Shown: one piece after another, positions 57,542-64,000 of the stretch | How the letters are laid out: every line of letters starts with the position of its first letter | How positions within the stretch are numbered: position 1 is the stretch's first letter | DNA from: an uncultured Clostridia bacterium | Lineage (GTDB): Bacteria > Bacillota > Clostridia > TANB77 > CAG-508 | Length of the DNA: 64,000 nt | Assembly (NCBI GenBank): GCA_944391745.1 | Contig: CALXUS010000007.1 | Location: 9,939 to 73,938, forward strand | Direction: 5' to 3' | Notes under the pieces: generated by a model | The model's input: only the letters and a program-made list of their open reading frames with translations | Told to the model about the DNA's origin: nothing | The model's database searches: none | Made by a program: the position numbers and the translations under genes

Positions 57542-59527
57542 TTATTTTATCATTTCTTCAAAATCTTCTTCTGATATTATTCTAACACCTAATTTTTGTG
57601 CTTTTTCTAACTTACTTCCGGCATCTTCACCTGCCAATACATAGTCTGTTTTTTTAGACACACTTGATGAAGTTTTGCCTCCCATATTTTCAATTATTTC
57701 ACTAGCTTGGTCTCTAGAATATTTAGAAAGAGAACCAGTAAGAACAAATATTTTTCCGTCAAAACGATTATCTATTTGCTCATCAAAATGTTTTGTATTA
57801 ACTCCAGCTTTAATTAGTCTGTTAACTAAATCAATAGTTTGGTCTTCCTTAAAGAAACCATATATACTTTCAGCAATTATTTCTCCTATATCATCTTTAG
57901 TGGCTAAATCAACTAAAGATGCATTCATTAAATTTTCCAAGGTGCCATATTTTTTTGCCAAAACCTTTGCAAGTTTTTTTCCTACATGTCTTATTCCAAA
58001 TGCAGAAATCAAATTTTCTAAATCTCTATTTTTACTTTCATCTATAGCATTAATTAGATTTTCAGCAAATTTTTTGCCATTTTTCTTTAATGATGCTATA
58101 TCTTCAATTGTTAAACTATAAATATCTGCTATATCTTTTATTAACTTTTTGTCTAATAATTGTTCAACAATTTTATACCCTAATCCTAAAATATCCATTC
58201 CGTCTTTAGATGCAAAATGAACTATATTTCTTAATGCTTTAGCACTACATTCAATTCCTGTACATCTAACAGCCGCTTCCCCTGGTTCTCTTATTGCAGG
58301 GGCTCCACAAACTGGACAAACTTTAGGCATTTCAAATAATTTTTCTTCACCTGTTCTCTTTTCTTTTAATACATCAACTACTTCAGGTATGACATCACCT
58401 TGCTTTTGTATAACTACATGATCTCCTATCATAAGTCCTTTTTCTTTTATAAAGTCTTCATTATGAAGTGTTGTTTTTGAAATAGTAGAACCTGCAACTT
58501 TAACTGGCTCTAATATTGCCATTGGAGTTATAACTCCTGTTCTACCCACTTGACAAACTATATCTTTTAAAATTGTTTCTTTTTTCTCTGGTGGATATTT
58601 ATATGCAATCGCCCATTTAGGAACTTTAAATGTGGTTCCTAGTTTTTCTCTTAGGTCAAGATTATCTACTTTAACAACTGCTCCATCAATTCCAAATGTT
58701 AGTTCTTCACGTCTATCTCCAATTTCTTTAATTGCTTCTATTGCTTCATCTATATTATGGCAAAGCTTTCTAAAAGGCACAACATTAAATCCTAAATCTG
58801 CCAAAAAGTTTAATTCTTCCCAGTGAGAATTAAAGGTTGTTCCGTCAAATTTTTGTACATTAAATATAAATATATCTAAAGGTCTTTCTGCAGTTATTTT
58901 GCTATTTAATTGTCTTAAGGAACCAGCAGCAGCATTTCTAGCATTTGCAAAAAGAGGTTGTCCTAATACTTCCCTCTCTTCATTTAATGCCTCAAATTCT
59001 TTTTTACCTATAAAAACTTCACCTCTTACAGTAATATCTAATGGCTCTTTTAATTTATGAGGTATAGATTTTATAGTTTTAACATTTGGTGTTACATCTT
59101 CCCCAACTAATCCATCTCCTCTTGTAGCTCCTTGTATTAGAATTCCTTTTTCATATTTTAATGCACAAGACAATCCGTCTATTTTTGTTTCAACACAGTA
59201 GTTAGTTTTTTCATTATATTCTTCTGCTTTTTCCTTAATTCGTTTATCAAAATCATATAGTTCTTCGAAAGAAAATATATCTTGCAAACTTTGAAGAGGA
59301 ACTTCGTGGGTTACTTTTGCAAAATCTTCTTTTACATGTCCGCCAACTTTTTGTGTTGGTGAATCAGGAGTTATAAGCTCTGGATGTTCCTTTTCTAAAG
59401 CTTTTAACTCATTCATAAGCATATCATATTCATAATCAGATATTTCTGGTTTATCTTCATCATAATATTTTTTTGAATGATAATTAATGATTTTTCTTAA
59501 TTCTTCAATTCTTTCTTTTGCTTCCAT
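57542..59527 (-). CDS. ligA: NAD-dependent DNA ligase
   Basis: 661 aa with the adenylation motif KIDG, a Zn-finger (CPVCGAP...C..C), HhH repeats and a C-terminal BRCT domain. Confidence 0.97.
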   Translation of the reverse strand: MEAKERIEELRKIINYHSKKYYDEDKPEISDYEYDMLMNELKALEKEHPELITPDSPTQKVGGHVKEDFAKVTHEVPLQSLQDIFSFEELYDFDKRIKEKAEEYNEKTNYCVETKIDGLSCALKYEKGILIQGATRGDGLVGEDVTPNVKTIKSIPHKLKEPLDITVRGEVFIGKKEFEALNEEREVLGQPLFANARNAAAGSLRQLNSKITAERPLDIFIFNVQKFDGTTFNSHWEELNFLADLGFNVVPFRKLCHNIDEAIEAIKEIGDRREELTFGIDGAVVKVDNLDLREKLGTTFKVPKWAIAYKYPPEKKETILKDIVCQVGRTGVITPMAILEPVKVAGSTISKTTLHNEDFIKEKGLMIGDHVVIQKQGDVIPEVVDVLKEKRTGEEKLFEMPKVCPVCGAPAIREPGEAAVRCTGIECSAKALRNIVHFASKDGMDILGLGYKIVEQLLDKKLIKDIADIYSLTIEDIASLKKNGKKFAENLINAIDESKNRDLENLISAFGIRHVGKKLAKVLAKKYGTLENLMNASLVDLATKDDIGEIIAESIYGFFKEDQTIDLVNRLIKAGVNTKHFDEQIDNRFDGKIFVLTGSLSKYSRDQASEIIENMGGKTSSSVSKKTDYVLAGEDAGSKLEKAQKLGVRIISEEDFEEMIK

Positions 59528-59571
59528 CTATATATCTCCTTTAGATTAATCTACAAAATAACATATTTAAC

Positions 59572-59617
59572 ATAAGCTTTCTTGAGTAAATTTATTTCAC
59601 TACTCAAGAAAGCTTAT
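59572..59617 (-). terminator. Strong hairpin after pgsA (possible terminator or attenuator before ligA)
   Basis: 17-bp stem ATAAGCTTTCTTGAGTA / TACTCAAGAAAGCTTAT. There is no clear U-tract on the minus strand. Confidence 0.5.
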
Positions 59618-59619
59618 AA

Positions 59620-60219
59620 CTATTTTGCATTTTTTAATAATTCTTTTCCACCTTTTAAATAATCATATCCCGAGAATATTGTAGCTATAACACTTATTAT
59701 CATCAAGATTGTAGATATTAAATTTAAAACAAAAGGTAATGTTTCCATCTGTTCAAAAAATACTGCTCCAAAATAATTAGTATCTATAAATGCAAGTATA
59801 ATGGCTAACATCTGTGTGACAGTTTTCAATTTTCCCCAAACGCTAGCTGCAATAACTTTACCATTTTGTTCAACAGCAATAAGTCTATAACCAGAAACAG
59901 CAAATTCTCTTGTTATAACAATTATAGGAATCCACGCTGGTAATTTTCCTGCTCCAACCAATATAAGCATTGCTGAAACGACTAATATTTTGTCTGCGAT
60001 AGGATCTAAAAATTTGCCAAAATTAGTTATTTGATTATTTTTTCTAGCTAAATATCCATCTAACTTATCCGTTAATGACCCTATTATAAATATAACATCC
60101 ATTATGATAAATGTTAGTGGTATTCCACCCACATTCACAGGTATATTGATTAAAGAAACTATAACCATTATGGGCACTAAAAGTACTCTAAATACTGTTA
60201 ATTTATTAGGTGTATTCAT
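59620..60219 (-). CDS. pgsA: CDP-diacylglycerol--glycerol-3-phosphate 3-phosphatidyltransferase
   Basis: Start moved to ATG 60219 (MNTPNKLT, AGGAAGG RBS). It carries the CDP-alcohol phosphatidyltransferase motif DGYLAR...G..LDP.ADK. Confidence 0.9.
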   Translation of the reverse strand: MNTPNKLTVFRVLLVPIMVIVSLINIPVNVGGIPLTFIIMDVIFIIGSLTDKLDGYLARKNNQITNFGKFLDPIADKILVVSAMLILVGAGKLPAWIPIIVITREFAVSGYRLIAVEQNGKVIAASVWGKLKTVTQMLAIILAFIDTNYFGAVFFEQMETLPFVLNLISTILMIISVIATIFSGYDYLKGGKELLKNAK

Positions 60220-60238
60220 ATATTTTATTTTCCTTCCT

Positions 60239-63145
60239 CTAGTTTTCATCTACTACTATTGTATTATCTTGTAAATCATTTATAACTTCATTAGCTATTT
60301 CATTTTCATCTTGATTTTTGTTATTTTCATTTACCTGAGTCTCTAATTGATCTATTAAATTAGTCAAAGTTTGCATGTCTTCACCAAATAATTTCCAATC
60401 ATTATTGCTACTTGAATTTTTAACATTAGCATTTGCTTTAATTATTTCATTAATCAAATCATCAATATTATCTGTATCAGTAATTTCAATATTGCCAGCT
60501 GATTGTGATAATAAATTTGTTAGAGCCTCTGTTAAATTATTACCTATAGCAATCTTATTACCTGAAGCAACAACCACTCTTTTTAATGTAGGCTTTTGCT
60601 CAGTAGTTTCATTTAATAATTGTTGATAAATTGGTTCAACATATAAAATAGTATTATTAATAGGAACTGCTAGCAAAGTTTTTGTAATCCTCGTTCCGCT
60701 AACACTCAAACTTGCAATATCTGTTGAAATTGTTTCATCTTGATTAATTTGAGTTTCTATTTGCATTGGACCTAAAACGTTACTGTCATTAGGGAACTCA
60801 TATAAAGTAAGTTTTGGTTCACCATTTTCATAGGTTCCAACCATGTAAGATATCATATTTTGTTTTCCATAAGGTGTAAATGGAATAACTAATCCTATTC
60901 GTTCACTATCAGAATCAGGTAATTTAACCATTGTATAATAGCTATCCATTTTAGAAGAAGTTCTTCCATTACTATTAGATTCTGCTAATTCCCATATATC
61001 ATTTCCTCTATATAAAACTTCTGGCTCAATATTATGATATTTTTGAATAATTTCTGATTGAATATCATATAAATATTGAGGATAAATAAAGTGCTCACTA
61101 ATGTCTTCCGGAATTGTTGCATCTCTATCTTCAAATAATCCTGGATACATATTATTATAAGCCATTACTATAGGATCAGTTCTATCTGTTATATAAAATT
61201 TCATTGTACCATCAAAAGCATCAACTATAATTTTTACAGAATTTCTTATATAATTAATTGTTTGACCATTTTCTAATAGTAATTGCTGTGCAAATGGATA
61301 GTTAATAGAAGTTGTATAGCCATCTATAACCCAATATTGCTTTCCTTCATCGCTTATAACTAAATAAGGATTTTCATCATAAGTTAAATAAGGCATAATA
61401 ATTTTAGCTCTTTCCAAAATATTTCTATTTATAATTATTTTGCTCTCACTATTTACATTTCCTGAAAAAGCTAATTGTAAATCCCCCTCTTTAATACCTA
61501 GTATAATTCTATCTAGTAGATTTAAATTTAATCCTGCATCGCCAGTATAAGAGTAATTTTGTTCATTGCCATTTTCATCCATATAATCAAATTCTGTATT
61601 TTCATTTTTATTAACTACTACTGCGTTATTTGTCTCCATGCCAAAATATATTCTTGGTTCTTCAGTTGGTATAGTTGAATCTGTCAAATCACCAAACTCT
61701 TTCTGTATATTGCTAATATTACCTTCCTCATCTACTTGACCAGCCAGAGAAATAACTGCTCCATAACCATGAGTATATTCATAAGTTTTATTTGAATAAG
61801 TAGTATTAGAACTATCTATTTCTCTAGGACTTACATAAACTAATGTAGGCTTACCATTAATATTATATTGCTCTATTTGTGTACTTCTATATGTGTAATA
61901 TCCCTTTTCTGTTTGAGAACTTTGCAAGTCTTGTAATACATTACTACTACTTACTATAGCTATATTATCAGTAACATTGCTATTCAAATTCAATTCTTCT
62001 CTGGTTATTGTACCACTATAATTAATATTCTGTTCTTCAATATTTATTCCATAAGCATTTTTAGTTTGTCTTATATTTTCAGCTATGTATTCTTGATTTT
62101 TATCAAGTTCATTTGAACCTATAAAAATTAATTGATACCCAGCTAAAACAAGGGCTAAAATAATAAGATAAACTGGAACAATTAAAATATTGCCCACAAC
62201 TCTTCTTGTACTTCTATCTTTAAGGGCTTTATATGCTCTAAAAATTGATATAACAGTCAATATAGTTAGTACAACATACCCCCATAGTTTAACAGTAACA
62301 TCAGAGTTACCTGCTCCAAATAACGAAAAGTTAGTTGCATCATTAAGTTCAATAGTCATAAATTTTTCGTTTCCTATATTTTGTACCATATAGAAGAAAA
62401 TAAATAACCCAAATAAAATTGCTATTAACTTAATTCTAGAACCTAATCTTGCTACTAAATCTACCTTTTTTATAGATTCACGTTCTACTCCTTCAAAACT
62501 ACTATTTAGCACTATCAATGCATAAATTATTGCATATACAATTGTAGCAATAATTATAACAAGTAAATAAGATAAAATGAATGTTATAAAAGGTCTTTGG
62601 AACATAAAATATGAAATATCAAGTCCGAAAACTAAATCATTACTTCCAAATTTTGAATTACTAAAACATAATAAAATATAATTTAGCAAAATTTGATTTG
62701 TTGCTATACTTACTATCAAAGCTATGATAAAACAAATTGATTTGTTAGGAAATTTAGGCATTTCCTTCTTTTCATCATCAAAGAACACCTGTAATCCCTT
62801 TTTTAGAGTTCTATTAGTAAAATAAAAAGCACAGTATACAAATAAGAAGTTTACTACAAATATACCACCTTTATAAGCTAAATTTCTCCAAAAAACAGGT
62901 AAGAAATTTTCACCTATAGCCTGAAATTCTAAATAGCTACCTCTAATATTTACATATATTGCTATTAATGCTATTACTAAAATTGCTAAAACAATAATCG
63001 TCCTTTTTCTAGTATTTTTTAATTTTTTACCAGAATTCTCTTTTTTACTAGACTCATCTTGTATCTTAGTATCTTTAGTTATTTTTTCATTATTTTCTTT
63101 TGCTTCAGCCTTTTCTGTATTTACTTTTTTCTTATCTTTACTCAA
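60239..63145 (-). CDS. UPF0182 family large membrane protein
   Basis: 968 aa with a K/E-rich N-terminus, about 7 TM helices and then a ~600-aa extracytoplasmic region. The architecture and size fit UPF0182 (from recollection). Confidence 0.75.
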   Translation of the reverse strand: MSKDKKKVNTEKAEAKENNEKITKDTKIQDESSKKENSGKKLKNTRKRTIIVLAILVIALIAIYVNIRGSYLEFQAIGENFLPVFWRNLAYKGGIFVVNFLFVYCAFYFTNRTLKKGLQVFFDDEKKEMPKFPNKSICFIIALIVSIATNQILLNYILLCFSNSKFGSNDLVFGLDISYFMFQRPFITFILSYLLVIIIATIVYAIIYALIVLNSSFEGVERESIKKVDLVARLGSRIKLIAILFGLFIFFYMVQNIGNEKFMTIELNDATNFSLFGAGNSDVTVKLWGYVVLTILTVISIFRAYKALKDRSTRRVVGNILIVPVYLIILALVLAGYQLIFIGSNELDKNQEYIAENIRQTKNAYGINIEEQNINYSGTITREELNLNSNVTDNIAIVSSSNVLQDLQSSQTEKGYYTYRSTQIEQYNINGKPTLVYVSPREIDSSNTTYSNKTYEYTHGYGAVISLAGQVDEEGNISNIQKEFGDLTDSTIPTEEPRIYFGMETNNAVVVNKNENTEFDYMDENGNEQNYSYTGDAGLNLNLLDRIILGIKEGDLQLAFSGNVNSESKIIINRNILERAKIIMPYLTYDENPYLVISDEGKQYWVIDGYTTSINYPFAQQLLLENGQTINYIRNSVKIIVDAFDGTMKFYITDRTDPIVMAYNNMYPGLFEDRDATIPEDISEHFIYPQYLYDIQSEIIQKYHNIEPEVLYRGNDIWELAESNSNGRTSSKMDSYYTMVKLPDSDSERIGLVIPFTPYGKQNMISYMVGTYENGEPKLTLYEFPNDSNVLGPMQIETQINQDETISTDIASLSVSGTRITKTLLAVPINNTILYVEPIYQQLLNETTEQKPTLKRVVVASGNKIAIGNNLTEALTNLLSQSAGNIEITDTDNIDDLINEIIKANANVKNSSSNNDWKLFGEDMQTLTNLIDQLETQVNENNKNQDENEIANEVINDLQDNTIVVDEN

Positions 63146-63158
63146 TTAGATCTCCTCC

Positions 63159-64000
63159 TTAAATAATAGCTTCAACAAATTCGTCACTATTAAATTCTTG
63201 CATATCATCTATTTGTTCACCAACTCCTATAAATTTTATAGGAACTTTATTTTCATCTACAATACCTATTACGACTCCACCTTTAGCAGTTCCATCAAGT
63301 TTTGTAATTACTAAACCAGTAACTCCAGTTGTTTCTGTAAAAGCTTTAACTTGTGAAATAGCATTTTGTCCTACCGAAGCATCTAATACCAATAATACCT
63401 CTTTAGAACTATTTGGTAATTCTCTATCAATAACTCTTTTTATTTTTTCTAACTCATCCATTAAGTATTTTTTGTTTTGAAGTCTTCCTGCAGTATCACA
63501 GATAAGTACATCAGCATTCTTTTCTTTTGCTACTCTAATTGAATCAAATATTACTGAAGCAGGATCAGCTCCTTCAGCACCTTTTACCAATTCACAACCT
63601 GCTCTATCAGCCCAAACTTCTAGCTGTTCTGTAGCAGCTGCTCTAAAAGTATCGCCTGAAGCAATTATAACTTTTTTACCTTGTTTTTTTAGACTATTAG
63701 CAATTTTTCCAATAGATGTAGTCTTTCCTGCGCCATTAACTCCAACCATTAATATAACCGCTGGCTTATTTTCAAGATTTAATTTTGGATTATTATCTTT
63801 AAAAATTTCTTTAATTTCATTTTTTAATGCATTTCTAACTTCATCAGCATCTTTTATATTTTCTTTTTTTATTTTTGTTCTCAACTCACTTATTATTTTT
63901 TCTGTGGTTTGCATTCCAACATCAGCCATTATAAGTTTTTCTTCTAATTCATCTAATAAGTTTTCATCTACTTTTGTAAAACTAAATATTTGCTTCGTTT
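63159..64000 (-). CDS. ftsY: Signal recognition particle receptor FtsY (5' end beyond the window)
   Basis: NG domain with GVNGAGKTT, DTAGR and TKLDGTAKGG. The frame stays open upstream of the listed Met out to the window edge (...KVDENLLDELEEKLIMADVG). Confidence 0.92.
   Translation of the reverse strand, partial: TKQIFSFTKVDENLLDELEEKLIMADVGMQTTEKIISELRTKIKKENIKDADEVRNALKNEIKEIFKDNNPKLNLENKPAVILMVGVNGAGKTTSIGKIANSLKKQGKKVIIASGDTFRAAATEQLEVWADRAGCELVKGAEGADPASVIFDSIRVAKEKNADVLICDTAGRLQNKKYLMDELEKIKRVIDRELPNSSKEVLLVLDASVGQNAISQVKAFTETTGVTGLVITKLDGTAKGGVVIGIVDENKVPIKFIGVGEQIDDMQEFNSDEFVEAII

Noticed and set aside
57675-58121. 148-aa plus-strand ORF, plus similar antisense ORFs at 17323..17673, 27594..27956, 16783..17034 and 31567..31882
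   Set aside because: All lie antisense within strongly supported genes (ligA, acyl-CoA ligase, BceB-like permease, ytfJ). They have Ser/Leu/Ile/Phe-rich translations typical of AT-rich antisense frames.
1-64000. CRISPR array or other regularly spaced repeat-spacer structure
   Set aside because: The only tandem repeats are the in-frame 81-nt coding repeat (44659-44854) and the degenerate 12-14-nt iterations in the palindromic element tails. Neither has a repeat-spacer organisation, and no cas genes are present.

Overview
This is a low-GC chromosomal segment; hand-counted 100-nt samples of ordinary genes give about 25-30% G+C. It comes from an endospore-forming, Clostridia-like Firmicute, as shown by spoVS, spoIIM, sigH and ytfJ. 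About 85% of genes lie on the minus strand. Core genes include gpsA-plsY-der, recA-recX-scpA, rny/ymdB/spoVS, xerD-spoIIM, tmcAL, rnhA, sigH, rqcH, proS, ligA, pgsA, a UPF0182 protein, ftsY (runs off the window end) and one tRNA-Thr(GGU). Envelope and stress modules are interspersed: a Bce-type antimicrobial-peptide module (RR/HK plus ABC ATPase/permease), a VanRS-like two-component system, VanW, a PBP5-type carboxypeptidase, a GT51 transglycosylase, several membrane glycosyltransferase-like proteins, a pyruvyl transferase and a GT-D protein. I found no CRISPR array, no transposase, no integrase other than housekeeping XerD, and no defence system I can name. Several things remain unexplained. 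(1) Three separate GC-elevated orphan cassettes each carry their own promoter and terminator: 9.03-10.25 kb, 28.9-29.46 kb (wedged inside the Bce module) and 49.35-50.38 kb. (2) A G/T-rich palindromic element occurs three times, always directly after a gene 3' end and always in the same orientation relative to that gene; two inverted copies bracket a 4.1-kb accessory segment. (3) A ~160-nt three-helix inverted repeat lies between plsY and gpsA. (4) Two genes are broken by apparent +1 insertions in A-runs: a RelP/RelQ-like alarmone synthetase and a ~600-aa orphan next to the tRNA. (5) There are tandem paralogous orphan membrane proteins and an in-frame 81-nt coding repeat. All family assignments come from motif recognition by eye, and no database searches were run.
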